This document shows positions 18,023 through 28,687 of a stretch of DNA of 64,000 nucleotides, in pieces. The DNA is from Patescibacteria group bacterium. Its GTDB lineage: Bacteria > Patescibacteriota > Patescibacteriia > Veblenbacterales > UBA10138. The DNA lies in NCBI GenBank assembly GCA_018817715.1, contig JAHITT010000006.1, positions 75,147 to 139,146 on the forward strand, given 5' to 3'. A model generated the notes under the pieces. That model saw only the letters and a list, made by a program, of their open reading frames with translations. It had not been told where the DNA came from and did no database searches. The translations under genes and the position numbers were made by a program. Position 1 is the stretch's first letter. Each line of letters starts with the position of its first letter.

Positions 18023-19531
18023 ATGTTGGCTTGGCTGCTTAATAAATTTAAAAAAGAAACAGTTTACCGGATATTTGAAATAATACCCGGCCTATTAGTC
18101 TGGTCTACTTTAATCGGAGCAGTTATTTTGTCTTTTATAAAACCGCTGTGGGCCATTTATATAATTATTGTTTTTGACCTTTATTGGTTACTGCGAGTAG
18201 CTTATTTGTTAATTTACATGATTGGTTCCTGGAAAACTTATAAACAAACTGTTAGTCAAAATTGGCGACTAAAACTAACTGCTTTACCGGCTAGCCAAAA
18301 TATTCATCACTTAATCTTTTTACCAACCTATCAAGAATCTTTAGAAGTTTTACGAGCTTCTTTAACATCGTTAGTTAATGTGGACTATCCTTTAGATAAA
18401 TTTATTGTCGTTTTAGCTGGTGAAGCTAGAGATAAAGATAATTTTTTAGAATCAGCCAATTTAATAAAACAAGAATACGGTCACCGTTTTGGACATTTTT
18501 TGATAACTCTTCATCCTAGTGACATAGTGGGGGAAATAGCCGGTAAGGGTTCTAATATTCACTGGGCTGGTCACCAAGCTAAAAAATTAATCGACCAATT
18601 AGGGCTAGATTATCCTAATATAATAGTGTCCACTTTTGATATTGATTCTTGCGCCCACCCGCAATATTTTTCTTATTTAACTTATGTTTATTTAACTCAC
18701 CCCGATCCTTTACATTCCAGCTACCAGCCAGTAGCCATTTATAACAACAATATCTGGCAATCACCGGCTGTTAGCCGAATTGTAGCTAATTCCACAACTT
18801 TTTGGTTATTAACCGATTTGGCCAGACCAGAACGTTTGTTTACTTTTTCTTCGCATTCCATGCCTTTTAAGGCTTTGGTAGATGTTGGTTTTTGGCAAAA
18901 TGACATAGTTACCGAAGATTCTAGAATATTCTTACAATGTTTTGTCCGTTACAATGGCAACTATCAAGTAACGCCCTTGTATATGCCTATTTCTATGGAT
19001 ACGGTCTATGCCGGTTCCTTGTGGCGTAGTTTGGTTAATCAATATAAACAACAAAGACGTTGGGCCTATGGTGTAGAAAATTTTCCTTATATGGCTTGGC
19101 ATTTTTGGCGCTCCAAAACAATCCCTTTTAACAAAAAAACTCGTTATTTATGGAATCAATTAGAGGGAGTTTATTCTTGGGCCACCGCTCCTTTAATTAT
19201 TTTTATACTTGGCCGCTTACCTTTAATGATGGCTGATAATGAAGTTAAAACCACTATTTTAGCTCATAACGCCCCAGTAGTCCTAGGTTGGCTAATGACT
19301 TTAGCTATGATTGGTTTAATATTCAGTGCCGCTTTATCCACCATGCTTTTACCAGCCCGACCCAAGGATAAATCCATCTTCATGTACATACCAATGATTT
19401 TGCAATGGATACTCTTTCCAATTATTATGATTATTTTTGGCGCTATACCAGCCACCGACGCTCAAACCAGATTAATGCTGGGTAAATATTTAGGTTTTTG
19501 GGTAACAGAAAAAAAACGAGCCACAACTTAA
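18023..19531 (+). CDS. GT2 processive beta-glycosyltransferase (cellulose/chitin-synthase-like), membrane-embedded
   Basis: DxD (FDIDS), TED, and QQRRW (QxxRW) motifs with N- and C-terminal TM helices. Confidence 0.7.
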   Translation: MLAWLLNKFKKETVYRIFEIIPGLLVWSTLIGAVILSFIKPLWAIYIIIVFDLYWLLRVAYLLIYMIGSWKTYKQTVSQNWRLKLTALPASQNIHHLIFLPTYQESLEVLRASLTSLVNVDYPLDKFIVVLAGEARDKDNFLESANLIKQEYGHRFGHFLITLHPSDIVGEIAGKGSNIHWAGHQAKKLIDQLGLDYPNIIVSTFDIDSCAHPQYFSYLTYVYLTHPDPLHSSYQPVAIYNNNIWQSPAVSRIVANSTTFWLLTDLARPERLFTFSSHSMPFKALVDVGFWQNDIVTEDSRIFLQCFVRYNGNYQVTPLYMPISMDTVYAGSLWRSLVNQYKQQRRWAYGVENFPYMAWHFWRSKTIPFNKKTRYLWNQLEGVYSWATAPLIIFILGRLPLMMADNEVKTTILAHNAPVVLGWLMTLAMIGLIFSAALSTMLLPARPKDKSIFMYIPMILQWILFPIIMIIFGAIPATDAQTRLMLGKYLGFWVTEKKRATT

Positions 19532-19541
19532 CCAATTTAAA

Positions 19542-20633
19542 TTAATTAACGGGCATATTAATAATTTCCACAGCCCCGTTTAATTTAGGTATAGCATAGT
19601 CTTCTATAAGAATAGGGTATTCTTCAAATTTAACAAAAGCGAACTTTACTTGACCGTTCGGCTCTTCTTTTTTTTGAGCTGTTATTCTAACAACTAAACC
19701 CTGTTTGGTTGGTTGACTCCACATTTGATCAAAAATAAAATTACCCAAAGAATAATAAATCATTTTTTTCTTGTAAATTTCTCTAGGCTGCACCCAATGA
19801 GGATGATGCCCAATCACTAAATCAGCACCTTGATCAATGGCTGTATGGGCAAATTTTATCTGACTCAAGGAAGCTTTATCTGTATATTCCACTCCACCAT
19901 GCATACTAACCACAATTAAATCAACTTGCTGTCTAAGATTATCAATTGAGGCGCTTAATTTTTTCCAATCATCCCACCTGGCTATGTAAGGACTGCTAGC
20001 TACGCCATTATCATTAAAAGAACTATAAGAAACGGCCAAAAAACCTATTTTAATGCCTTTGTTTTCTAAAATAGCCGGTTGCCAAGCTTCTGCACTATCT
20101 TGCCCAACACCGGTAACCTGTAGCCCTTGGTTTAACAACAAAGAACGACTATGCTTTATGGCCTTAAGACCATAATCTAAAGCATGATTATTGGCTAGGC
20201 TTAAGACTTTAAAATTATTTTCTACTAAACCTAAAAGACTGTCCGGCCAGGCATTAAACAATAAACTATTAACCGGTGGTATAAAATTAGAACCAGTAAA
20301 AAGTGATTCCAAATTGGCAAAATTAAAATCATTACTTTTAAGCCATTCGCCCATACCAATAAAAGGCAACAGGGGATTATTATGTTTTTTCATTTGATCA
20401 GCTACCTGACGGGACAGCATTATATCTCCCACCACCCCAAAAACTACGTATTGGTCTTTTGGTTGATCTTTTTTTAATTGACTAACCGCCTGGTCAGAAA
20501 AATTTAGGGATTCCTTAGACGTGGTACTTTTGGTGATTACTCCGTACTTAAAATAAAAAAAAGCCGCGAAGAACGCGGCCATAATTAACAAAGCTGAAAC
20601 AACAAAAGAAAAATATTTATCAATTTTATTCAT
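19542..20633 (-). CDS. CapA/PGA_cap family metallophosphatase-like protein
   Basis: VFGVVGDIMLSRQV...LANNHALDYG motifs typical of CapA family. Confidence 0.65.
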   Translation of the reverse strand: MNKIDKYFSFVVSALLIMAAFFAAFFYFKYGVITKSTTSKESLNFSDQAVSQLKKDQPKDQYVVFGVVGDIMLSRQVADQMKKHNNPLLPFIGMGEWLKSNDFNFANLESLFTGSNFIPPVNSLLFNAWPDSLLGLVENNFKVLSLANNHALDYGLKAIKHSRSLLLNQGLQVTGVGQDSAEAWQPAILENKGIKIGFLAVSYSSFNDNGVASSPYIARWDDWKKLSASIDNLRQQVDLIVVSMHGGVEYTDKASLSQIKFAHTAIDQGADLVIGHHPHWVQPREIYKKKMIYYSLGNFIFDQMWSQPTKQGLVVRITAQKKEEPNGQVKFAFVKFEEYPILIEDYAIPKLNGAVEIINMPVN

Positions 20634-20635
20634 AT

Positions 20636-21568
20636 TTACTGTAAAACAGTTCCCACAAAAGAAGCCTGGCCACGAATAAAATCTCCAGCCAGCATTGGTT
20701 TTCTTCCTGCTAACTGAATTTCTTTAACTAATATACTGCCAGACTGACAATCAATAGATAACCCTTGGTTTTGATATTCTTTAACCAAACCTGGTTTGGT
20801 TAATTCAACATCTAAAACCTCTGTTTGTAATAATTTAACAACTTGACCTCGCCAAGTAGTCCACAAACCAGGCCAAGGGTAAAAAGCCCGCCTTAAATTA
20901 TTTAACTGCTCAGCAGTTAAATTAAAATTAGCTCGCCCATCCGAACGGCTAATTAACTTAGTATAAGTAGCCAAAGAATGGTCTTGGGCAACTGGTTTAA
21001 TCTTACCTGATAGATAATCAATTAAAACATTGGGTAATATTTCGCCGGCTAAACCAGCCAAAGCTTGGCTTAAAGTTAAGGCATTGTCTTTTTCTTTAAT
21101 AAGGTACTCAACCTGCTTTAATAATGGTCCGTGATCCATCAGATCATCCAAAAGCATTAAACTAACCCCAGTTTTAAACTGACCAGCCAATAAGGCACTA
21201 GCGATAGGAGAGGCCCCTCGATACAAAGGCAACAAAGAAGGATGCACATTAACTATACCTTTAGGGTATAAAACCAAAACTGAAGCTGGCACAATCTGTC
21301 CAAAAGCCGCTAAAACAGCAAAATCTGTTTTAAATTTAGCTAATTGTTTCTTGATATCTACATTTTTTAAACTAGGGGATTCTAATAATTCTAACTGATT
21401 AGCTACAGCTCTTAGACCAACTGGCGAAGAAGTTTTTTTAAGTCCCCGGCCTTTAGCCTGCGGTAAGGTAGTCACCACCAAAACCGGCCTTAAACCAGCT
21501 TTAAGCAAACCGGTTAAAATAATATCGGCAAAATCAGAAGTCCCAAAATAAACAAATGACTTATTCAT
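20636..21568 (-). CDS. fmt: methionyl-tRNA formyltransferase
   Basis: formyltransferase N-domain with HPSLLPLYRGASPI; adjacent to def. Confidence 0.85.
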   Translation of the reverse strand: MNKSFVYFGTSDFADIILTGLLKAGLRPVLVVTTLPQAKGRGLKKTSSPVGLRAVANQLELLESPSLKNVDIKKQLAKFKTDFAVLAAFGQIVPASVLVLYPKGIVNVHPSLLPLYRGASPIASALLAGQFKTGVSLMLLDDLMDHGPLLKQVEYLIKEKDNALTLSQALAGLAGEILPNVLIDYLSGKIKPVAQDHSLATYTKLISRSDGRANFNLTAEQLNNLRRAFYPWPGLWTTWRGQVVKLLQTEVLDVELTKPGLVKEYQNQGLSIDCQSGSILVKEIQLAGRKPMLAGDFIRGQASFVGTVLQ

Positions 21569-22043
21569 TTTTATATTTAGCCAACAATTCCTGACCAGCG
21601 ATTATTTCCTTAGTTAAATCTATAAACAAAATACCATTTAAATGATCAACCTCATGCTGATAAACTCTAGCTGTCAAACCGTCTAACCATTCTTGGTGTT
21701 TGAGACCATCACTACCCAAATAATTAGCTAATACTCGAATTGGCCTCTTAACTAACCCATAAACCCCAGGCAAAGATAAACAACCTTCTTCCATAACAAC
21801 TTTGCGCCAAGAAGATTTTACTATCTCCGGATTAAAATAAGCTTGCGGTTTCTCTCCAGTGCTAATAACTATTAATCGGCGGGAAAAATTAACCTGTGGA
21901 GCAGCCAAACCAATACCATTATAATGAACCACGGCCGCTTCCATGGCTTGAGCCAATAATAAATCTGACTTGCTTAAGGGTAGGGGTAAGCTTTCAGCTT
22001 TGGCTCTTAAAATATCCTGGGGAGCGATAATTAAAGGTAACAT
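21561..22043 (-). CDS. def: peptide deformylase
   Basis: GIGLAAPQV, EGCLSLPG and HEVDHLNG motifs. Confidence 0.9.
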   Translation of the reverse strand: MLPLIIAPQDILRAKAESLPLPLSKSDLLLAQAMEAAVVHYNGIGLAAPQVNFSRRLIVISTGEKPQAYFNPEIVKSSWRKVVMEEGCLSLPGVYGLVKRPIRVLANYLGSDGLKHQEWLDGLTARVYQHEVDHLNGILFIDLTKEIIAGQELLAKYKNE

Positions 22044-22057
22044 ATTATAAAAAGTAT

Positions 22058-23908
22058 TTAACTTAAAATATTTTCCGGATCTATATCAATAATAACATCA
22101 TCACCAACTAATGGCCAAATTAAACGGCCAACTGAACTAGTGGTAAATTTAACAAGTAAATGAAAACGATATTTGCCCCTAAGCTGGTGATAATAGTCAG
22201 CATAAGGACCAATTATTACTTCTTGATTCAGTAAATTGGTTTGTAGTTTCTTTTTTAAAACTCTACAACTAGCCAAAGCAGCTGCCTGGCTAGTTAAAGC
22301 AACTGTTAAGCGGAGTAAATTACTAACAGGTGGATAACCGTATTTAATTCTTTCTTTAAGTTCAGTTTCATAAAAATAGGTTAGACCTTCTTTCTTAATA
22401 AAAGATTGCCAAACATAATGTTCTGGCTGATAAGTCTGAATTAATACCCGCGTAGCACCGCTAGATAAAAATCCAGCCACCCGGTGTCTTAATCTTTCAG
22501 TAGCGCGAAATTCTGGCACCGACATTTCATTATCGGGATTAACTAAAATAATCAAACCAAATTTAGTTTTTTGATTATTTAACCAAGCCGTTTGACCACC
22601 CACCAACACAACAGGTCCCACTGGCGCCTTGTCAGATAGACTATCTTTAAAAACAATACTGGCCGGGTATAACTTCTTAACAAATTGATAAAGTCTATCT
22701 AAACCAACTCCCCGCATTGCCACATTATTACCAGAACAATCGGGACAAGGTAGGGGATAAACTTCCTCTAAGGAACAATGATAACAATAAAGATTGTTTT
22801 TGTCTGACCGGCTGACTAAAGTTCTTTGGCATTTAGAACACTTAGCAACATAACCACAATCGGTACAAACCGCCGAAGTAGCTTCACCTAAACGATTAAG
22901 ATAAACAAAAACAGACTGCCCAGTCTTAAGACTTTTTTCTAAGAGTTTTAAAGAAGTCAAAGATAATAAATTTTTATTACCAGCCTGATGTTCAGCTATC
23001 ATATCAATTAAAGTCAATTCCGCTGGCTGACCCTTTAAATCCAACCATTTTTCTTGACCAGCCTGAGCTTTATACCATCTTTCTAAACGAGGAGCAGTTG
23101 ATAAAAGCAAACAAGAAACCGACAAATTCTTGGCCAATTCAATAGCTAAACTCACTGGATCATAACGTGGGTTTTGATCACTTTGCTTATAGTAGTCACT
23201 AGCTGATTCATCAACCACCAGGCCACCCAAATTTAAAAATGGTAAAAACAAAGCCAATCTAGTGCCGACCACAACCACTTTATCTCCCCGCCGTAATTTT
23301 AACCAAACCGCCCGACGATCGGCTAAACTAATTTCCGAAGAAAAAACAACCAAAGAAAATTTATCTTTTAGCTTTTCTTGCCAAAATTCTAAACGACTGT
23401 TAGTTGGGACCAAAAACAATACCTGTTCTTGCCGAAGCATAATCCGATTAAGCAAATTAAAAACAACTTCATCTAATTTGCTAGGAGAAGAATATACCAA
23501 GTTAGTTAAAAAAGAATTCGTTTTCTTAATAAGTGGCCGAGTGCGCTTAGTGCTTATGGGCTCAATTTTAAAATTACGATTAGGTTGCAATAAAATAAAC
23601 AACTTAATAGCCGCCGACATGGTTAAGCCATAATTATGAGATAACCACTTAACCAAATGCAGCTGCCAAGAAAAAAGATAATTAGCAACCACTAAGTCCT
23701 TAACCTCTTTGAGAGTTTTGTTTTTAGGTAACGAAGATTTGATTATTTTTTTTACTACTACCGCCTTTATCAGGCTAGATCGAAAAGGTAAGTTAACTAA
23801 ATCTCCAGGATTCAACTGTAAAGGACCGGCGCTATAATCAAAAACCGTTAATCGGCGCGGCAATCTTTTTAAAGGTACCACTTGAACAATCGGAAACAAG
23901 TTAACCAT
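22058..23908 (-). CDS. priA: primosomal protein N' (PriA)-like helicase
   Basis: CxxC...CxxC zinc-binding insert (CTDCGY..CSKCQ...CYHC...CPDC), DExx box region VVDESASDYYKQ; synteny priA-def-fmt. Confidence 0.65.
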   Translation of the reverse strand: MVNLFPIVQVVPLKRLPRRLTVFDYSAGPLQLNPGDLVNLPFRSSLIKAVVVKKIIKSSLPKNKTLKEVKDLVVANYLFSWQLHLVKWLSHNYGLTMSAAIKLFILLQPNRNFKIEPISTKRTRPLIKKTNSFLTNLVYSSPSKLDEVVFNLLNRIMLRQEQVLFLVPTNSRLEFWQEKLKDKFSLVVFSSEISLADRRAVWLKLRRGDKVVVVGTRLALFLPFLNLGGLVVDESASDYYKQSDQNPRYDPVSLAIELAKNLSVSCLLLSTAPRLERWYKAQAGQEKWLDLKGQPAELTLIDMIAEHQAGNKNLLSLTSLKLLEKSLKTGQSVFVYLNRLGEATSAVCTDCGYVAKCSKCQRTLVSRSDKNNLYCYHCSLEEVYPLPCPDCSGNNVAMRGVGLDRLYQFVKKLYPASIVFKDSLSDKAPVGPVVLVGGQTAWLNNQKTKFGLIILVNPDNEMSVPEFRATERLRHRVAGFLSSGATRVLIQTYQPEHYVWQSFIKKEGLTYFYETELKERIKYGYPPVSNLLRLTVALTSQAAALASCRVLKKKLQTNLLNQEVIIGPYADYYHQLRGKYRFHLLVKFTTSSVGRLIWPLVGDDVIIDIDPENILS

Positions 23909-23914
23909 AAATAT

Positions 23915-24700
23915 CTAATAAATAAATTCCGCCGTCAGCCAACCCGCCTCATAAGGCGCTTCGAAAGATATCAAATTTAAATTAATTTTTTTATTAGCTA
24001 AAAAAGATTTAAGCAAAACCGCTGGCGACCAAATTGATTGACCGCTTAACTCCAACAACTCCGTTGGAAAATTATAAATAGACGACCAATCATCTTGGCG
24101 ACTAAAATTTACGAATTGTTGATTAAAAAGTTTAGCTTCCACCTGGTTAGTACCAATAACTCGCCCTAATTCACCAGCGGCCAAAATAACCACCCGTTCT
24201 GAGCTTGATTGCAATTGTTCATATAAGTGCTGACTTACTAAATTTAAATTTTCTAAATCTATTTTCTGCGGAACCTGTAAATATACTAACGGTTTATCAA
24301 CCAAAGACTGGCCAAAAATTAAAAGTGGTACTCCAGCCGTATATGGTAAATTACTTACACTAACCAAAGGAATGGGGAATAAAGATTCCAAAGTTTCTTT
24401 TAAACGATGGGTAAAACCAACGGCCATCTTTATTGATTGCTGGCTTATAAAATCTCCCAAAAATGAATAATCCAAAGTAACTGACTGGTTTTGTAAAAAA
24501 GCCCAATCAGATTTAGTAAGTTTGGTGTCTGAACTAACACTAGATATTACAAAAATAATATCAGGAGAACGTAAAGATAATTCCGAGCCAAGTTGGTTTA
24601 AAGCGGTAGTAGTTTTAACAACAGCCTTTCGCACCTGGCTTTTTAAGCCAGGTAATAAAAGAGGGGAATTGGGTACTAAAGCCGCGCCGACAATAGGCAT
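23915..24700 (-). CDS. hypothetical protein
   Basis: 261 aa ORF in operon position after priA. Confidence 0.35.
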   Translation of the reverse strand: MPIVGAALVPNSPLLLPGLKSQVRKAVVKTTTALNQLGSELSLRSPDIIFVISSVSSDTKLTKSDWAFLQNQSVTLDYSFLGDFISQQSIKMAVGFTHRLKETLESLFPIPLVSVSNLPYTAGVPLLIFGQSLVDKPLVYLQVPQKIDLENLNLVSQHLYEQLQSSSERVVILAAGELGRVIGTNQVEAKLFNQQFVNFSRQDDWSSIYNFPTELLELSGQSIWSPAVLLKSFLANKKINLNLISFEAPYEAGWLTAEFIY

Positions 24701-24724
24701 AAAAATTAATATTGTTTAATTAAT

Positions 24725-26098
24725 TTAAAAACTAACACCAATAGGGTCACCTAAAACGTGTATACTGATAGCTTCGTCACTAGTGGCAATAACTTTAGAA
24801 AAATCAAAACCTAAATCCAAAAAGGCTTCAGCTGATAAAAAGGGGCGCCTAGTCTGATTAGAAATTAAGTAAACGGTCGCTTGCGACCAAGATCGCACCA
24901 ATTGACCATCACGAAAAACTATCGGCAAACCAGTTAAATATTGTTCCAATTGTTTGGTAGTGGCTCGACTTATTTTACGATTTTTAAAATTATTCTGCAG
25001 TATCTCTCGCGACCAAATAGGATGTTTAACTCCTTCCTGCACCCAAAAAATTCCTCCTGATTTTGTATCCTGTAACAAAACCCCCAAAGGATAAATTGAT
25101 TTATCGGTTATCGGTTCACCCTCACCGTAAGAAATAATATCTTCACTACTGACATTAACTATTTCTTCAGGATTTATTCCTAAACGACGTAAAACTTCAG
25201 CCGAAGCTATACCTCGCAACATATCATCAGCTAACAAATAAACCGTACCTTTAGGAATACGTAAAAAACTGTAATTAGAAAATTTTATCGGACTGCCTTC
25301 AAGATATTTTGATAATTCGGTTTTATTAACCGTTAAAACAGAAGAAAAATCATCATAATACGATAAAAAAACTGAACGATTAGCAAATTGCCTCCTTAAA
25401 CCATTTTGAATATAATAAACCTCTGTTTGACCATCAACATTAAGTAGGGTGCCATCGGGGTAATAACGACTAAAATATCTATTCCAAACAGTCCATAATA
25501 ATCGATTACCAGCTAAATGGGGAGTATAAGTATAAGCTATAGCCGTGGCTTTATTGGCTGGTATGACTACCTGACCATCAACTAATTTGGGTAAACCGGG
25601 CCCAAACCCAGAAATAGTACGGTTTTGACTGTCTAAATCCACTAAATAACTTAAACGAATTCTTTTGGCGGCGCTATAAATTTGATTATAAAAACCTTTA
25701 AATTTTTGTAACAAAGGATCATCTAAACTACAACTGTCGCAAACGGCATAACCCATGGCCCAATCAAAATTTTTATTACTCGGCCTCGGATTTTCTATTA
25801 AACTTTGTTCTTTTTGTAAAAGAGCTAACAAAAATTTCGGGCTTATTTTAAATTCTTGAGCCGATAAATAAATAATCTGACTAGCTGCTAAAGAAGTTAT
25901 TGGATCAACATAATTAGCCAAAGCACTGCCTTTATCTTTTAAAAAAGAATTTATTTGTACCAAATCCATGGAAACATAATCAAACATATCATCGTCCGAT
26001 AATATGTAATTATAGTCGAAATTTTCTTGAGCTAGTCCAACCTTAGGACTAAACAAAAAAAATGCAATAAAAAACCAAGCTACCAGTCGTAATTTCAT
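24725..26098 (-). CDS. secreted hypothetical protein
   Basis: signal peptide (MKLRLVAWFFIAFFLFSPKVGLA), 457 aa. Confidence 0.35.
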   Translation of the reverse strand: MKLRLVAWFFIAFFLFSPKVGLAQENFDYNYILSDDDMFDYVSMDLVQINSFLKDKGSALANYVDPITSLAASQIIYLSAQEFKISPKFLLALLQKEQSLIENPRPSNKNFDWAMGYAVCDSCSLDDPLLQKFKGFYNQIYSAAKRIRLSYLVDLDSQNRTISGFGPGLPKLVDGQVVIPANKATAIAYTYTPHLAGNRLLWTVWNRYFSRYYPDGTLLNVDGQTEVYYIQNGLRRQFANRSVFLSYYDDFSSVLTVNKTELSKYLEGSPIKFSNYSFLRIPKGTVYLLADDMLRGIASAEVLRRLGINPEEIVNVSSEDIISYGEGEPITDKSIYPLGVLLQDTKSGGIFWVQEGVKHPIWSREILQNNFKNRKISRATTKQLEQYLTGLPIVFRDGQLVRSWSQATVYLISNQTRRPFLSAEAFLDLGFDFSKVIATSDEAISIHVLGDPIGVSF

Positions 26099-26198
26099 GT
26101 TATATATTATAACAAATATTGACCCTTATTTCAATTATTAAACTCTGCTTAACCAACTGTTTTTTATAAACTAAAAATGCTATAATTAAACTATAAAT

Positions 26199-27203
26199 AT
26201 GAAGTTATGGTTGTCTTTAAATTTGGACCAAAATACTTGGCGCCAAACAGGCTCCTATTTGTCTTGTTTAAAAAATCAATTAAAACACAACGATCTTAAA
26301 AGTTATTTAACTCCTGTAAAAAAAGATCAACTAACTACCACTTTTCTAAATGAAGTAACTTTAGCCAAACTACCAGCTTTAACCCTTAAACTTAAAAAAA
26401 TAGCGGACCAAACAACTGTTTTTGATTTAAAATTCAGTTCCTCGGCCTGGCTTAAACAAAATCAGCCAGAAATTTTGCTTAAAACTACTACCAATTCTGC
26501 TTATCGTTTGTTACAAAAAACTATTGCTTTAGAATTAAAAGAAATAGAATTAACAACTAGTAGTTACCAACCAGGTTTAATTATAGCCAAACTAAACAAA
26601 ACAAAAGGCGTCCTACCCAAAATAAACTGTCCACCCTTTACTGTCCAACCTAATGGTCTTAATTTAATAACCAGCCAATTAACTCCCCAGGGACTAATTC
26701 ATAAAAAACTTAATACCTGGCTGTTTAAAACAGAAAAATTTCGACGTAATGTGGTAATTTGTTTACTTAATGCTAATGATGAAATATTACTTACTCAACA
26801 CCAAGATCGGCCACTCAGCTGGCAACTACCCCAAGGTGGAGTAGAATCAACAGAAAATTTAACCCAAGCGGCCCTAAGAGAAATTAAAGAAGAAGTGGGT
26901 GTTTCTCAAACCCGTTGTTTATTGGTTAAGCCAGACCTACACCGTTATCGCTGGCCTAAATATCTTTTATTACACGGTCAAGATCCAGAAAAAAAACAAT
27001 ATGTCGGCCAATTACAAAGTCTAGTTGTATTACGAATAGCCAAACAAACAGTTAATTTAACTTTAGATAAAAGGGAAGCCGCTTTAGCCCTATGGATAAA
27101 ACCAGCTGATTTAATAAAGCAATTGCCTCGTTCCAGAAAACCAATTGGCCGTTTAATAATTAAGGAACTTAAAATAAACAAATTAATCAGTCCTATAACT
27201 TGA
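26199..27203 (+). CDS. NUDIX hydrolase with ~190-aa N-terminal extension
   Basis: Nudix box LPQGGVESTENLTQAALREIKEEVGV in C-terminal half. Confidence 0.6.
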   Translation: MKLWLSLNLDQNTWRQTGSYLSCLKNQLKHNDLKSYLTPVKKDQLTTTFLNEVTLAKLPALTLKLKKIADQTTVFDLKFSSSAWLKQNQPEILLKTTTNSAYRLLQKTIALELKEIELTTSSYQPGLIIAKLNKTKGVLPKINCPPFTVQPNGLNLITSQLTPQGLIHKKLNTWLFKTEKFRRNVVICLLNANDEILLTQHQDRPLSWQLPQGGVESTENLTQAALREIKEEVGVSQTRCLLVKPDLHRYRWPKYLLLHGQDPEKKQYVGQLQSLVVLRIAKQTVNLTLDKREAALALWIKPADLIKQLPRSRKPIGRLIIKELKINKLISPIT

Positions 27204-27236
27204 TTTTGCCGGCTTGATAGGGTAATTTAAAATTCT

Positions 27237-28682
27237 ATGGTTAGAGTACGTTTTGCTCCTTCGCCAACTGGCGAACTTCATATCGGCGGCGCCCGCACTG
27301 CTTTATATAATTATCTTTACGCCCTTAAACAAAAAGGGAATTTTATAATCAGAATAGAAGATACTGACCGAGAAAGACTAGTTCCTGGCAGCTTAAACAG
27401 ATTGCTACAAGGTCTTAAGTGGTTGGGTTTAAATTGGCAGGAAGGTCCGGATATCGGCGGACCATATGGACCTTATATTCAATCGGAACGTCTACCAATC
27501 TATAAAGAGCAGGCCCAACAGCTACTTAATAATAATCAAGCTTATTATTGTTTTTGTTCTAGCCAAAGGCTAAGCGAACTTAGACAAACACAATTAGAAC
27601 AAAAATTACCCAGCCGTTATGACCGGACTTGTTTAAAATTAACCAAAGAAATAGTTCAAGATAATTTAAACAATAAACTACCTTTTACTATTCGTTTAAA
27701 AGTACCGACTGGCACAACGACTCTTTATGACTTAATCCGCGGCACAGTGGTCTTTAATAACAAAGAAATAGACGATCAGGTTCTGCTTAAATCAGATGGT
27801 TATCCAACTTATCACTTAGCCAACGTAGTCGACGATCATTTAATGGCTATTAGCCATGTTATCAGGGGAGAGGAGTGGTTACCTTCGGCACCCAAACATT
27901 TATTGCTTTATCAGGCTTTTGCTTGGCAACCGCCGGCCTTTGCCCACCTACCCAATGTTTTAAACAAACAAAAAGCCAAACTGTCCAAAAGAAAAGATGG
28001 TGCGACTGTGTGGTTAGAAACCTACCAGACCCAAGGCTATTTACCAGCCGCCCTGGTTAATTTTTTAACTCTATTAGGTTGGCATCCAACAAACGATCAA
28101 GAAATATTTAACCTTAAGGAATTAAGTCAGCTTTTTTCTTTAGACCGCGTACAAAAAGGCGGAGCTATTTTTGATTTAGATAAACTAAACTGGTTTAATC
28201 ATCTATATTTACAAAAATTATCTTCTAGTGAACTAGATGAAAAACTACAAACTCATTACCAAACTCTTAAACAATCCGGCCGGCCAATCACCAGCACTTT
28301 AAGACTTACAGAAATAATCAAAGACAGGCTAGTTAAATTAAACGATGTTCAATCAACCAATTGGTTTTTTAGTAATGATCTATCAAGCGCTTTACCAATT
28401 ATTGTCCCAAATAAAAGCACCCCTGCCACAACCAAAAAATCGTTACAGTTAGCCCAATTATCCTTAAATCAAACAATAGCTTGGACCATTGAAGCAATTA
28501 AAACAGCTTGCCAAAAAAATCAAGAGGCTAATAAATTATCCAATATGGAATTTTTATGGCCAGCTCGAGTAGCTGTTACTGGACTTAATAAATCACCGGA
28601 TTTTTACACAGCTGCTTGGGCCCTAGGTAAAGAAGAGGCTCTTAAAAGACTGGCTTGGGTAGAAGCAAACATGTTATTATAG
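27237..28682 (+). CDS. gltX: glutamyl-tRNA synthetase
   Basis: class I HIGH (ELHIGGART) and KLSKR motifs, canonical GltX N-terminus. Confidence 0.9.
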   Translation: MVRVRFAPSPTGELHIGGARTALYNYLYALKQKGNFIIRIEDTDRERLVPGSLNRLLQGLKWLGLNWQEGPDIGGPYGPYIQSERLPIYKEQAQQLLNNNQAYYCFCSSQRLSELRQTQLEQKLPSRYDRTCLKLTKEIVQDNLNNKLPFTIRLKVPTGTTTLYDLIRGTVVFNNKEIDDQVLLKSDGYPTYHLANVVDDHLMAISHVIRGEEWLPSAPKHLLLYQAFAWQPPAFAHLPNVLNKQKAKLSKRKDGATVWLETYQTQGYLPAALVNFLTLLGWHPTNDQEIFNLKELSQLFSLDRVQKGGAIFDLDKLNWFNHLYLQKLSSSELDEKLQTHYQTLKQSGRPITSTLRLTEIIKDRLVKLNDVQSTNWFFSNDLSSALPIIVPNKSTPATTKKSLQLAQLSLNQTIAWTIEAIKTACQKNQEANKLSNMEFLWPARVAVTGLNKSPDFYTAAWALGKEEALKRLAWVEANMLL

Positions 28683-28687
28683 ATGGA

